Below are positions 1 through 9,930 of a stretch of DNA of 64,000 nt, piece by piece. The position numbers and the translations under genes are program-made. Below the pieces are notes generated by a model, which did not search any database, was not told the origin of the DNA, and worked only from the letters and a program-made list of their open reading frames with translations. This DNA comes from Trueperaceae bacterium (lineage in GTDB: Bacteria; Deinococcota; Deinococci; Deinococcales; Trueperaceae). Within the stretch, counting starts at the first letter, position 1; each line of letters opens with the position of its first letter. The stretch spans positions 64,001 to 128,000 of the forward strand of contig OZ243927.1 in assembly GCA_965213925.1 (NCBI GenBank). Reading direction: 5' to 3'.

Positions 1-1346
1 GCGTTTTTGGGTAAGCCGCCCGCCGCGACAAGCTCTTTGACCTCGACGCCTTCGCGCTCGAACGCTTCGATAATTTCACGTGTACCGTAAGCGGTGCTTT
101 CGATGAGGGCGCGGTAGAGGTCGGGGGCTTCCGTCGCCAAGGTCAGCCCGACGATAAGCCCAGAGAGGTCCGTGTCCACCAAGGTCGAGCGGTTGCCGTT
201 CCACCAGTCGAGGGCAAGTAAACCATGTTCACCGACCTCTTGCTCGGTAGCTTTTTGCTCGAGATACGCATGAAGGTCCAGACCCGCAGCTTCAGCCGCT
301 TTCATGTACTCACTCGGCACCGCGTTCTCCACAAACCACGCGAAGATGTCACCCACGCCCGACTGTCCCGCTTCGTAACCGTAGAGTCCGGGGATGATGC
401 CGCCCTCGACCACCCCGCACATCCCTTCGACGTTGTGGCGCTCGCCCGCCGACATCACGTGGCACGTCGAGGTGCCCATGACCATGACCATCGTACCCGG
501 CGATACAGCGCGAACGGCAGGGGCGGTGACGTGCGCGTCGACGTTGGCGACCGCCACCGCGACGCCCTCTCGTAGACCCGTCGCCTCAGCCCACTCAGCC
601 GTGAGCCCGCCCGCCTTTTCACCCAACTGTGAGAACTCGCGGCTCATCTTGTCGTCCACTACATCCGCAAAGTCGGGGTGGAGGGCGGCGAAGAAGTCTC
701 GAGAGGGATACTCGCCGCCCTGCACCAGCGCCTTGTAGCCCGCCATGCACGCATTTCTTGTCTCGGCGCCGGTGAGTTGCCACACCACCCAATCCGCCGC
801 TTCGATGAGCCTATCCGCTTCTCGGTAAACGTCAGGCGCTTCCTCTAAAATCTGCAAGGCTTTAGAAAAGAACCACTCCGAGGAGTACTTGCCGCCGTAG
901 CGCTTCAGCCACGCCTCCACTCGGTCTTCAGCGACCGCGTTAATCTTGTCGGCTTGGGGTTGCGCCGCGTGGTGTTTCCAGAGCTTGACCCAGGCGTGCG
1001 GATTGTCTTGCCACTGATCCAAACTTCGAAGCGGTGTGCCGTCCGCTAGGGTGGGCAGCACTGTGCACGACGTAAAGTCGATGCCCAGACCGACCACCTC
1101 TTTGCTGTCAACCCCGCTTTTCTCCAGCACAGCGGGGACGGTTTGCTTGATGACCTCTAAGTAATCCAGCGGGTCTTGTAGCGCCCATTCTGGCGCTAAA
1201 CGCTCGCCCGAAGTCGGTAACGTTTCATCAACGGCTCCGCTCGGATAGTCGAGGACGGCGCTTGCGACCTCGTCGCCATTCTCCGTATCGACGAGCACAG
1301 CGCGCCCTGACAAGGTGCCGAAGTCTAGACCTAAGGTACAACTCAT
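1..1346 (-). CDS. araB: Ribulokinase (FGGY family), 3' end outside window
   Basis: Manual translation from ATG at 1346 gives MSCTLGLDFGTLSGRAVLVD..., then GIDFTSCT, WVKLWKHHAAQ, YGGKYSSEW and LDWWNGNRS motifs. ATGA overlap with the LacI stop. Not in the ORF track because it runs off the window. Confidence 0.93.
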   Translation of the reverse strand, partial: MSCTLGLDFGTLSGRAVLVDTENGDEVASAVLDYPSGAVDETLPTSGERLAPEWALQDPLDYLEVIKQTVPAVLEKSGVDSKEVVGLGIDFTSCTVLPTLADGTPLRSLDQWQDNPHAWVKLWKHHAAQPQADKINAVAEDRVEAWLKRYGGKYSSEWFFSKALQILEEAPDVYREADRLIEAADWVVWQLTGAETRNACMAGYKALVQGGEYPSRDFFAALHPDFADVVDDKMSREFSQLGEKAGGLTAEWAEATGLREGVAVAVANVDAHVTAPAVRAVSPGTMVMVMGTSTCHVMSAGERHNVEGMCGVVEGGIIPGLYGYEAGQSGVGDIFAWFVENAVPSEYMKAAEAAGLDLHAYLEQKATEQEVGEHGLLALDWWNGNRSTLVDTDLSGLIVGLTLATEAPDLYRALIESTAYGTREIIEAFEREGVEVKELVAAGGLPKN

Positions 1347-2365
1347 GGGGTCCTCCTAAGGACGCTCTGCCGCTCGATCAACGTCGGATAGAGCACGCGC
1401 TGGTGCACGGGCGTCTCGGGCTGGCTCATAAGCGTGAGAAGATAGTCTACACTCTGCTGACCGAGCGCGGTGAAGTCTTGGCTGACCGTCGTTAAGGGCG
1501 GCTCGAAAAAAGCCGCTTCGGGGATGTCATCGAACCCGACGATGGAGACGTCTTCGGGTACGCGCAGCCCGTGCGCACGCAGCGCCCGCGCCGCACCTAG
1601 TGCGGTTTGGTCGTTCGCCGCGACCAAGCCTGAAAAGCGCTCGCCGCTCGCTAAGAGCTGCTCGGTCGCCCGGAAGCCGCCCGCAGCCGACCAGTCGCCT
1701 TCGGCGCTCGGGCCGGGGGTGAGACCCGCCGCCCGCACAGCTTCTACCCAAGCCTCGTGCCGCAGCGCCGCGTCGTGCCAGTTAAGAGGACCACTGATCT
1801 CGGCGACGTCTTGGTGTCCCAAATCTATCAGGTGCTGCGCGGCGAGCCTCGAGCCTGCCACCTGGTCTATCACCACCGAGGGCACGTGCGCCCCTTTGGG
1901 AACGTCGATCATGACGACGGGAATGTCACCGCATAGGCTTAAGACATCGGCAGGGTCAAGGCCGATAAAGGGGGCCGCCATCACAATCCCGTCTACCTGG
2001 TGGTCTCCGAGCGTGTTGATCGCGTTTCGCAACTGCTCAGTTGTAAGCTCGTCGATGCTGTAAAACGTCAGCCCATAACCGCTCGCCCTGACCGCCTTCT
2101 CGATCTTAGCGAAGGTCTGCGCGGGACCATAGTAGGTTGTGCCGAAACTGATGATGCCGATTGTGTTCGAGTTGCGCGTGACCAAGCTGCGAGCCATCCG
2201 GTTCGGGCGATAGCCCAACGTTTTGATGGAACTCAGCACGCGTTCGCGGGTGCTCTCGGCGACATGTGGGTGTCTATTAACGACACGCGAGACTGTTTGG
2301 TTCGACACACCAGAGGCTCTAGCCACGTCGCTGAGGGTGATCTGTTTGTCGGTACTGGTCGCCAT
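1343..2365 (-). CDS. LacI-family transcriptional regulator
   Basis: N-terminal ITLSDVARASGVSNQTVSRVVN HTH; C-terminal VPEDVSIVGFDD...PPLTTV. Confidence 0.96.
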   Translation of the reverse strand: MATSTDKQITLSDVARASGVSNQTVSRVVNRHPHVAESTRERVLSSIKTLGYRPNRMARSLVTRNSNTIGIISFGTTYYGPAQTFAKIEKAVRASGYGLTFYSIDELTTEQLRNAINTLGDHQVDGIVMAAPFIGLDPADVLSLCGDIPVVMIDVPKGAHVPSVVIDQVAGSRLAAQHLIDLGHQDVAEISGPLNWHDAALRHEAWVEAVRAAGLTPGPSAEGDWSAAGGFRATEQLLASGERFSGLVAANDQTALGAARALRAHGLRVPEDVSIVGFDDIPEAAFFEPPLTTVSQDFTALGQQSVDYLLTLMSQPETPVHQRVLYPTLIERQSVLRRTP

Positions 2366-2421
2366 CGCTCCTCATTCTAATTCAAACCGCGGCGGATTCA
2401 CTATCAAAGTCTCGGAGTTTT

Positions 2422-2436
2422 TTGATAACGATAACA
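2422..2436. promoter_or_regulatory. LacI-type operator 1 (TTGATAACGATAACA)
   Basis: Imperfect palindrome with central CG; reverse complement of the 2584-2598 site with 1 mismatch; lies just downstream of the leftward promoter. Confidence 0.7.
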
Positions 2437-2465
2437 ATTTACTATCGCGGCAAATACTTTGTCAA
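2436..2465 (-). promoter_or_regulatory. Sigma70-type promoter for lacI-araB
   Basis: TTGACA-N18-TAAATT on the minus strand. Confidence 0.6.
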
Positions 2466-2552
2466 TGTACAAGAGAGTTAATATTAAGGGACAGTGTATA
2501 TACCTTGCATTCGTAAAATCGCCCAGTTTAGATTTCGTTAAGGGCTCTCAAC

Positions 2553-2598
2553 TTGACAAACGCTCGATTATTTGGCTTAATACTGTTAGCGTTATCAA
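2553..2598 (+). promoter_or_regulatory. Promoter (-35 TTGACA) and LacI-type operator 2 (TGTTAGCGTTATCAA, 2584-2598) for the ABC operon
   Basis: Consensus -35 at 2553, weak -10, operator matching site 1. Confidence 0.6.
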
Positions 2599-2676
2599 TT
2601 TGTAGGCATTCGACGAGCTTATAGGTATGTCACCTCTGTCACGCTTTGTCTTAGCAAAGTCTCGTCAACAGAAAGG

Positions 2677-3957
2677 ATGGAGAGTATGCGTCTTATCGTC
2701 AGGTGGTCAGCTATTCTTATCGTCGCCCTCAGTGGCTCAGCTGCCGTTCACGCGCAAGAGGAGCTTTCGGGCACCCTCGAGATTTGGGGATGGCAAGCGC
2801 CCTTAGAGGCGTTGCAACTCGTCGACGCCGAATTCAACGAGCTTTATCCGAACGTCACGCTGGAATACGTGGCGCGCGATGCGGCAGAAACCTATCAGCA
2901 GATTCAGCTCGCCGTCACTGCGGGCAGTGGCGTGCCAGACGTTGCCGTAATCGAGGATTCTAACCTAGCGCAGTTCGCTCAGCTCGGCGTGCTAGCAGAC
3001 ATTACCGACTGGGTTGAGCCCTATGTCTCAGACATCAACGCCTATAAGTGGAATCAAGCGACGGTAGACGGGCGCTACTACGCCATGCCCTGGGACAGCG
3101 GTCCGGTCGCCGTTTTCTACCGGCGCGATGTGTTTGAGCAAGCGGGCATAGACCCGGCGGCCATTCAAACCTGGGACGACTACTTTCAGGCGGCTCAAAC
3201 CATCATGGAGCAGACTGGCGTGTCCATGCTGCAGCACTCAAAAGCGCGCAACAACGCCCGCATGTTCGAGAAACTACTGTGGCAGCGCGGTCTCGGCTAC
3301 ATCGATGAGGAGGGGAACGTTATCCTCGACCAGGACCCGCGCATCTTGGAGACGCTCGAGTATCTCGGCAGCTTCTGGGATGAAGGGTTGACTACAGACG
3401 CCGAAGAATGGACGGACGCCTGGTACCGCAACTTTTCTGAAGGTCGCGTGGCGACCCACCCCGGCGCGGTCTGGATGGGCACCTTCTTCAAAGGCTTTAT
3501 TGCGCCCGAGGCGGCTGGCGAGTGGGGCGTCTTTCGCCTGCCCGCTTGGGGCGACAGCGAGGTTCGGGCTTCGAACGACGGCGGCTCGAACTTGGTCACG
3601 TTCACCCAAAGTGATCGGCAGGAACTCGCTTGGGCTTATATCGAGTTTCACTTAACGCGGCAAGAGCAGCAGCTCGAGATTTACCGCGAAACCGACCTCT
3701 TTCCGAGCTTGCAAACCACCTACGACGCGCCACTTTTCACCGAGGAAGACCCCTACTTTGGCGGTCAGAGCGTGCGTCAGCTCTTTGCCGACGTCGTTCA
3801 AGAAATTCCGACCGCAGGTATTTACAGCCCTGACTATCAGGAGATGAACGGTATCCTTCAGCAAGAGATTCAGCGCTACGCCCTCGGGCAACAGAGCGCC
3901 GAACAAACCCTGCAGCGAGCCGCCAGCGCCATCCGCGACAGAACCCGCCGCCGCTAG
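2677..3957 (+). CDS. Sugar ABC transporter substrate-binding protein
   Basis: Signal peptide; GSGVPDV, YAMPWDSGP...FYRRDVFEQAG and GGS motifs of carbohydrate SBPs. Confidence 0.93.
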   Translation: MESMRLIVRWSAILIVALSGSAAVHAQEELSGTLEIWGWQAPLEALQLVDAEFNELYPNVTLEYVARDAAETYQQIQLAVTAGSGVPDVAVIEDSNLAQFAQLGVLADITDWVEPYVSDINAYKWNQATVDGRYYAMPWDSGPVAVFYRRDVFEQAGIDPAAIQTWDDYFQAAQTIMEQTGVSMLQHSKARNNARMFEKLLWQRGLGYIDEEGNVILDQDPRILETLEYLGSFWDEGLTTDAEEWTDAWYRNFSEGRVATHPGAVWMGTFFKGFIAPEAAGEWGVFRLPAWGDSEVRASNDGGSNLVTFTQSDRQELAWAYIEFHLTRQEQQLEIYRETDLFPSLQTTYDAPLFTEEDPYFGGQSVRQLFADVVQEIPTAGIYSPDYQEMNGILQQEIQRYALGQQSAEQTLQRAASAIRDRTRRR

Positions 3958-3972
3958 CGAAAGGAGTCGCTG

Positions 3973-4920
3973 TTGCAACGCACGAATTCAAACAGGGTGA
4001 CGGCTGCCAAACAAGGTTCGGACGCGCCTGCACCGCGCCACACCCCCTGGTACCGGGTGGTGTGGCGTCACCGCTGGGCTTACATCTTCGTCTCTCCTTT
4101 CTTTATCCTCTTCGCCGTTTTCGCGCTCTACCCCATTCTCTTCTCGCTCTGGTTGAGCTTTCACGAGTGGAACGGATTTACGGCGATGCAGTTCACCGGT
4201 TTAGACAACTACCAACAGCTTTTCAGAGATTCCTACTTCTGGAATTCGATGCTCAATACCGTCATCCTCTTTTTTATCTATGTGCCGTTCATGACGTTTT
4301 CGGCTATCGTCCTAGCGACGGCGCTGCACAACAACTTCCTCAAGTTTCAGGGGCTGTGGCGGGCGCTGCTCTTCTTGCCGCACCTCACCTCAATGGTTGC
4401 AGCGGGTTTTGTCTTCAGGCTGATTCTCGACACGCAAAGTGGCATTGCCAACCAGGTTCTAGGCTGGTTTAGTCTTTCGCCTATCCCTTGGCTTGACGAT
4501 ATTTGGTGGGCGCGTGTCTCGCTCGGGCTACTGATGATCTGGGCGTGGCTCGGTTACAACACCGTTATCATGCTGGCGGGGCTCCAAACGATTTCCAACG
4601 AGCTTAACGAGGCGGCGCGTATCGACGGCGCGAACCGCTCGCAGATTTTTTGGAGCATCACTGTACCGCTGCTCAGGCCCGTCATCCTCTTTTCGGTGAC
4701 GCTCTCCATTATTGGCACCTTTCAGATGTTTACTGAGCCGTTCATCCTCACGCGCGGCGGGCCCATCGGCGCAACGGAAACACCGGTTATGCAGATTTTC
4801 TCGACGCTTTTTAACAACATTCGCTACGGCTACGCGGCAGCTATGAGCTACGTGTTCTTTGTCACCATCTTGATCGCCGCCGTGATACAGTCGCGCTTTT
4901 TCAGGGGAGGTACCTCATGA
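3973..4920 (+). CDS. Sugar ABC transporter permease
   Basis: Hydrophobic; EAARIDGAN loop. Confidence 0.95.
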   Translation: MQRTNSNRVTAAKQGSDAPAPRHTPWYRVVWRHRWAYIFVSPFFILFAVFALYPILFSLWLSFHEWNGFTAMQFTGLDNYQQLFRDSYFWNSMLNTVILFFIYVPFMTFSAIVLATALHNNFLKFQGLWRALLFLPHLTSMVAAGFVFRLILDTQSGIANQVLGWFSLSPIPWLDDIWWARVSLGLLMIWAWLGYNTVIMLAGLQTISNELNEAARIDGANRSQIFWSITVPLLRPVILFSVTLSIIGTFQMFTEPFILTRGGPIGATETPVMQIFSTLFNNIRYGYAAAMSYVFFVTILIAAVIQSRFFRGGTS

Positions 4921-5768
4921 CGCAGCGAACGCCCAAGCGACGCACCCACGAGCCGCTTGTCAAATTCGCAACCTACTCGGCGCTCGTCCTGATCAGCGCC
5001 CTCATGATCTTTCCGTTTGTATGGATGTTAGTGTCATCGCTAAAGCCGTTCGAGGAGATTTTTGCGGGGACGACCTTTTTACCCCAGCAGCCCACCCTAG
5101 ATAACTACGCTCGGCTGTTTTCGCAAAACGACGCCCTGCTCAAAGTCTGGAACAGCTTTTACATCGCAACCGCGCGCACGGTTCTTTCGGTGTTTTTATG
5201 TGCTTTAGGGGGTTACGCCTTCGCTAAGTTCCGCTTCCCCGGTCGCGGCACCCTCTTCGCAATTATGCTTGGCTCAATCACCGTGCCCTTTGCTATTTTA
5301 CTTGTGCCGCTTTTCGTCATGATGCGCAACGTCTTCGGCTGGATCGATACGCCGTGGCCGCTTATTATCCCTTTTGCCGCCAATGCTTTCGGCATTTTTT
5401 TCATGCGGCAGTACATGCTTTCCGTGAGCGACGACATGCTCGACGCCGCCCGTATTGATGGTGCATCGGAGTTTGGCATCTTTTTGCGAGTGGTGCTGCC
5501 CACGACGCTGCCCGGACTCGCTAGTTTAGGCATTATCTTTTTCATGCAGTCGTGGAACGACTTCTTGTGGCCGACCGCCGTTTTGCGCTCCGAAGCGATG
5601 CAGACCGTGCCGCTCATGCTCAATTCGTTGCAAGGTCCGGCGGGTAGAACCGCCTTTGATGTGCTGATGGCGGGCTCGGTAGTGAGCCTCATCCCGATGC
5701 TCATTATCTTTCTGTTCTTGCAGCGGTACTTAGTTGCAGGAATTACGGCGGGTTCTGTAAAAGGTTAA
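4917..5768 (+). CDS. Sugar ABC transporter permease
   Basis: DAARIDGASE loop, WNDFLWP, C-terminal AGSVKG. Confidence 0.95.
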   Translation: MTQRTPKRRTHEPLVKFATYSALVLISALMIFPFVWMLVSSLKPFEEIFAGTTFLPQQPTLDNYARLFSQNDALLKVWNSFYIATARTVLSVFLCALGGYAFAKFRFPGRGTLFAIMLGSITVPFAILLVPLFVMMRNVFGWIDTPWPLIIPFAANAFGIFFMRQYMLSVSDDMLDAARIDGASEFGIFLRVVLPTTLPGLASLGIIFFMQSWNDFLWPTAVLRSEAMQTVPLMLNSLQGPAGRTAFDVLMAGSVVSLIPMLIIFLFLQRYLVAGITAGSVKG

Positions 5769-5815
5769 AGGTTTATTCGGTCTCGTCTGCCTACCCATAG
5801 AGGAGGAAAGCCAGC

Positions 5816-6412
5816 ATGTATATAGTGAGCATTCGCGCACTGACGGTACTTGTAGTCAACCTTGTTCTGCTAAGCGTGCTCGCTGCTTGTCACATGACAA
5901 GCCCTAACGATGAGCTTGCGACTCAAGCAACGCGAATACTTTCGAACGAAACAGTTTGGCACGATACGAACGGCAATAAGATACTCGCGCAGGGCGGTAT
6001 GGTAACGAAGGTTGGAAGTACGTATTACTGGATTGGAGCAGAATTCCCGTCAGACGACTATCGCTTTTCGGCGATCAAATGTTACGCCTCAAATGACCTC
6101 AAAAGCTGGAGTTTTGTCAATGATGTACTTAGCGCACAGCCGAGCGGCGAGCTATCGTCCAACCACTGGGTCGGGCGACCAGACGTTATCTATAACTCTG
6201 CTACAAACAACTACGTTATGTACGTGGAGTGGGCTCCCATTGACCCACAGACGACGCGGAACCTTATTGGGGTTGCTATAAGCGATTCGATCTGCGGAGA
6301 CTATTCCTGGCGAGGTACATCTAAAGTTTTAGGTAGGACGATTGGCTTTTGGTCTGACGCAGATGCTAACCAGTGGCTGAATGTGGACGATGTGGAACTC
6401 TATAAAAAGTAA
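5816..6412 (+). pseudogene. GH43-like lipoprotein with large in-frame internal deletion
   Basis: Lipobox LAAC; GH43_24-like start (WHDTNGNKILAQGG...YYWIG, GRPDVIYN) joined abruptly to a CBM-like terminus (IGFWSDADANQWLNVDDVELYKK); too short for a 5-blade propeller. Confidence 0.65.
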
Positions 6413-6465
6413 CGCCGCTTTGAGATCGGTATACGTTCCGATAAACTCGCTGAAGAGGTAAACTT

Positions 6466-7386
6466 GTGAACAACTTGATCACCAAACGACCTTTAAGACC
6501 CCCCGAGCACCCCTTAACCAGCAACGGCTACACCCTCTCACCAGAGCATCTCGGCGCGTTGGTACCGAGCCATCCCGAGACGTCTATAGAGGATTTAAGA
6601 GAGCAGTACCGTGCCCGAGGTTATCTGTGGCTCAAGGGGTTTTTACCTCGAGACGAAGTACTAAACTTTCGCCGCCGTTTCTTCGAGGCGTTCCAAGAGG
6701 TCCGTCTTTTACAGCCTGATACCGACCCGGTCGAAGGCATCTTTTCAGGTACAGAGGACAAGCAGCAGACCAACAAAATCTTAATGGAACAAACCCGCAC
6801 CGCAGCTTATGAGTCGTTCTGCTTGCAACCGCGCCTGTGGCAGTTCTTCGACGCCTTTTTGCGAGGTCCCTCATACCTCCACAAGCGCAAGATCATCCGC
6901 CACCTCACACCGGGGAGCGCGTGGACGACACCCGCCCACTACGACCTCATCTACTTGCGGAGCGGCAGCGACAGCGTGGTGTCTTGCTGGATTCCTTTGG
7001 GTGATATTCCCCTAGAAATGGGCGGGTTAGTGTATCTCGAGCACTCCGACCGCACAGGACGTGAGCTGGAAGCCGAATTCACAAGGCAAAACGCTACGCT
7101 TCCGCCCGAGGAGCGCATCAGCGCCTACAACCAGAACATGAGCGAGGGGGGCTGGGTCGGCAAAGATTTGTCTGCAATGGCAGAAAAATATACCTCGCGC
7201 TGGCTCGCCGCCGACTACGAGGCAGGTGACGTAGTGCTGCACAGCGCCTATATGGTCCACGCGGCAACCGATAACGTTGACCAGCAGGGGCACATCCGGC
7301 TCTCGACGGATATCCGCTACCAGAACGTGCGCCGTGAGATTGACGCGCGGTGGGCTAACCACTGGTCCTTGGAGGACATGCTGTGA
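6466..7386 (+). CDS. Phytanoyl-CoA dioxygenase (PhyH)-family Fe(II)/2-oxoglutarate enzyme
   Basis: TPAHYD (HxD), CWIPLGD, GDVVLH...VHA, RLSTDIRY. Confidence 0.88.
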   Translation: MNNLITKRPLRPPEHPLTSNGYTLSPEHLGALVPSHPETSIEDLREQYRARGYLWLKGFLPRDEVLNFRRRFFEAFQEVRLLQPDTDPVEGIFSGTEDKQQTNKILMEQTRTAAYESFCLQPRLWQFFDAFLRGPSYLHKRKIIRHLTPGSAWTTPAHYDLIYLRSGSDSVVSCWIPLGDIPLEMGGLVYLEHSDRTGRELEAEFTRQNATLPPEERISAYNQNMSEGGWVGKDLSAMAEKYTSRWLAADYEAGDVVLHSAYMVHAATDNVDQQGHIRLSTDIRYQNVRREIDARWANHWSLEDML

Positions 7387-9374
7387 GCTTTCCTTTTGGC
7401 GTGGACTACTACCCTGAGCACTGGCCGGAGGAGCGCTGGTCTGAGGACGCGCGGCTCATGGCTGAGATCGGCGTCAACACGGTGCGCTTGGCGGAGTTTG
7501 CTTGGTCGCGACTCGAGCCTCAAGAGGGCTGTTTCGACTTCGCCTGGTTGGACCGCGCGATCCATATCTTAGCCGAGAAAAACATCCGCACAATCTTAGG
7601 CACGCCCACCGCCTCTGCCCCACCTTGGCTCATGAACAAAGACGAAACGCTCTTCCTCGTGCGCGAGAACGGCGTGCGCCTCCCTTACGGTCATCGCCGC
7701 GAATACTGCCCGAGCCATCCGCTCTACTTTGAACACACCAAAGCTATCGTGACCGCGCTGGCGGAGCACTACAAAGATCATCCTAGCGTCGTCGGCTGGC
7801 AAATCGACAACGAGTTCGGCGACCGCTGCTACTGCGAGATTTGTCGCGAGAGGTTCCGCGCGTGGTTGCGGGACAAGTACAGCACGTTAGACGCCCTCAA
7901 CGAAGCGTGGGGGACGATCTTCTGGAGTCACGTTTACAACGACTGGTCGGAGATTCCCGTTCCGCTTAGCCCCGCGCCTTCGCACAACCCCGGCTTGGCA
8001 CTCGACTTCAAACGTTTCGCGTCGGACGTATACGTGAACTATCAAGACCTTCAACTCAGCGTCCTCCGCGAGCAGTGTCCCGAGCACTTCGTCACCCACA
8101 ACTTCATGGGCTTCGGCTTCGACCAGCTCAACTACTTCGACCTCGCTAAAGACTTAGACCTCGTCACCTGGGACAACTACCCGCGCGGCTTTTGGGACCT
8201 CAAGGCGCAGGTGAACGCGAGTGAGATTGCCCTCGCTCACGCCACCATGCGCGGACTTAAAGAGCAGAACTTCTGGCTGATGGAGCAGCAGTCGGGACCG
8301 GGCGGTTGGGACACGTTGAGCGTGACGCCGCGCCCCGGCGAACTCAGACTATGGGCGTATCAGGGGATTGCGCACGGCGCGGACGGGATGATCTTCTTCC
8401 GCTGGCGCACGGCGCGTTTCGGCGCGGAGGAGTACTGGCACGGGCTCCTGAACCACGACGGCACCACGGGGCGGCGTTTTGAAGAGATTAAAGAGGTAGG
8501 GCTCGAGCTGCAGCGCATCGGCTCCGAAATTCTCACCTCTAAAGTCGAGGCTGAAGTCGCTATGCTCCTCGACTACGACTCGCGCTTCGCCTTTCAAGTA
8601 CAGGCGAACAACCCGCAGTTTCGCTACCCCGAGCACTTCGCCACCATTTACGGAGCGTTTCACCGTTTGAACATCTCTGTTGACATCGTGCCGCCGGACG
8701 CGGACTTGTCGCGCTACAAGCTCGTCATTACGCCCGCGCTCTACGTCCTACCTGAAACGTTAGCTGAACGTCTTAAAACGTTCACCAAAGCGGGCGGCGT
8801 GCTCGTCACGACGCTGCGGAGCGGCGTTAAAGACGAGGCAAACGCGGTGGTCGATATGCCGCTGCCAGGACGGCTAGCCGAGCTTTGCGGCGTGACAATT
8901 CAGGACTACGACTCGCTACCAGAAGGTGCGGGACAAAAGCTCGAGTTCGCCTCCGACATCCCCTCTAAAAACGAGGCGAAAGCCGATATTTGGTGCGACA
9001 TCGTGACGCCGCAGAGCGCCGAGGTCGTCGCCCGCTACACCGCGAACTACTACCAAGACGAGGCGGCGGTGACGCGCAACCGCGCTGGGCAGGGTCACGC
9101 GGTCTACGTCGGCACAGCGGGTAACCGGGCGCTCTACGACACGCTTGCGCCGTGGCTTTTAGAGCTTGCGGGCGTTTCGGTATCTGCCGGGGAAGCGGGT
9201 CCCGAGCTTACCGAGCGCGTTAGAGGTGACACGCGCTTACGCTTCGTGCTGAATCACTCGGACCAAGAGAAGCGCGTCTATGTGCAGGGTCACGACTTAC
9301 TTTCAGACCGCTATTTGAATGGCGAAGTGACGCTGCCCCCCAAAGAGGTCTTAGTGCTGCGGCTTTCGCAGTAG
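7383..9374 (+). CDS. Beta-galactosidase, GH42
   Basis: GVDYYPEHW, AEFAWSRLEP, WQIDNE, LMEQQSG, FFRWR. Confidence 0.96.
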   Translation: MSFPFGVDYYPEHWPEERWSEDARLMAEIGVNTVRLAEFAWSRLEPQEGCFDFAWLDRAIHILAEKNIRTILGTPTASAPPWLMNKDETLFLVRENGVRLPYGHRREYCPSHPLYFEHTKAIVTALAEHYKDHPSVVGWQIDNEFGDRCYCEICRERFRAWLRDKYSTLDALNEAWGTIFWSHVYNDWSEIPVPLSPAPSHNPGLALDFKRFASDVYVNYQDLQLSVLREQCPEHFVTHNFMGFGFDQLNYFDLAKDLDLVTWDNYPRGFWDLKAQVNASEIALAHATMRGLKEQNFWLMEQQSGPGGWDTLSVTPRPGELRLWAYQGIAHGADGMIFFRWRTARFGAEEYWHGLLNHDGTTGRRFEEIKEVGLELQRIGSEILTSKVEAEVAMLLDYDSRFAFQVQANNPQFRYPEHFATIYGAFHRLNISVDIVPPDADLSRYKLVITPALYVLPETLAERLKTFTKAGGVLVTTLRSGVKDEANAVVDMPLPGRLAELCGVTIQDYDSLPEGAGQKLEFASDIPSKNEAKADIWCDIVTPQSAEVVARYTANYYQDEAAVTRNRAGQGHAVYVGTAGNRALYDTLAPWLLELAGVSVSAGEAGPELTERVRGDTRLRFVLNHSDQEKRVYVQGHDLLSDRYLNGEVTLPPKEVLVLRLSQ

Positions 9375-9385
9375 CGCTCCGGCCT

Positions 9386-9885
9386 ATGATCCACGGAGAA
9401 TTCAAGCTCTGGCTCTACGCGGCTGAGGAAACTGCGTATGAGCGGCTCGAGCTACCCCAGCGGCGGCTCTCCTGTTGGGTCATCAGCTACCTCGAGCAAG
9501 GAAGCGTCACCCTCAACTTACCGAACGAAAAGCGCGTGGTTAGAGCGGGAAGTGTGACGGTGCATCCGCCCAATCAACCGTTTACCGAACGCTCGAGCAC
9601 GCCAGGTGTTCATACGGAATTGCACGGTTTACTTATCCTTACCGAGAGCGTCAGAGCTTTTCAGCGGCTCAGCCACCGGCTAGCGGGTTTGGGCCGAGTT
9701 TACGTCCCATCACAGATGGGCACGGCATAGTTTGCAAGCTATGTCGTGCAACCTCGTATCACCAGTGGCTCCTTTTGGACATCAAAGAGGGTGCAGGCGT
9801 CGAACTACTCAGGCGTCATTTGCTGCCGCGCGTTGTAACCCTCGACGCTTCCGGTAGGTTTGAAAGCTGCTTTAGTACACTCTTA
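9386..9885 (+). pseudogene. AraC-family regulator remnant (cupin domain, MITE-interrupted, HTH missing)
   Basis: Cupin-like WVISYLEQGSV...VTVHPPNQPF. Removing 9613-9758 plus one TCA restores ...PGVHQWLLLDIKEGAGVELLRRHLLPRVV...; the frame breaks again at TTA|TACGGATTCC (9886). Confidence 0.65.
9613..9758. mobile_element. 146-bp MITE with TCA target-site duplication
   Basis: Imperfect TIRs TACGGAATTGCACG / CGTGCAACCTCGTA; TCA at 9610-9612 and 9759-9761; excision restores the reading frame. Confidence 0.8.
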
Positions 9886-9930
9886 TACGGATTCCTTATG
9901 ACCTGCTGAAATGCTGATAGCCCCGTCTGC

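Noticed and set aside
225..1495. Plus-strand ORFs 225-575, 394-738, 1262-1495
   Set aside because: Antisense shadows of araB/lacI with no motifs; the same applies to most short overlapping ORFs in the track
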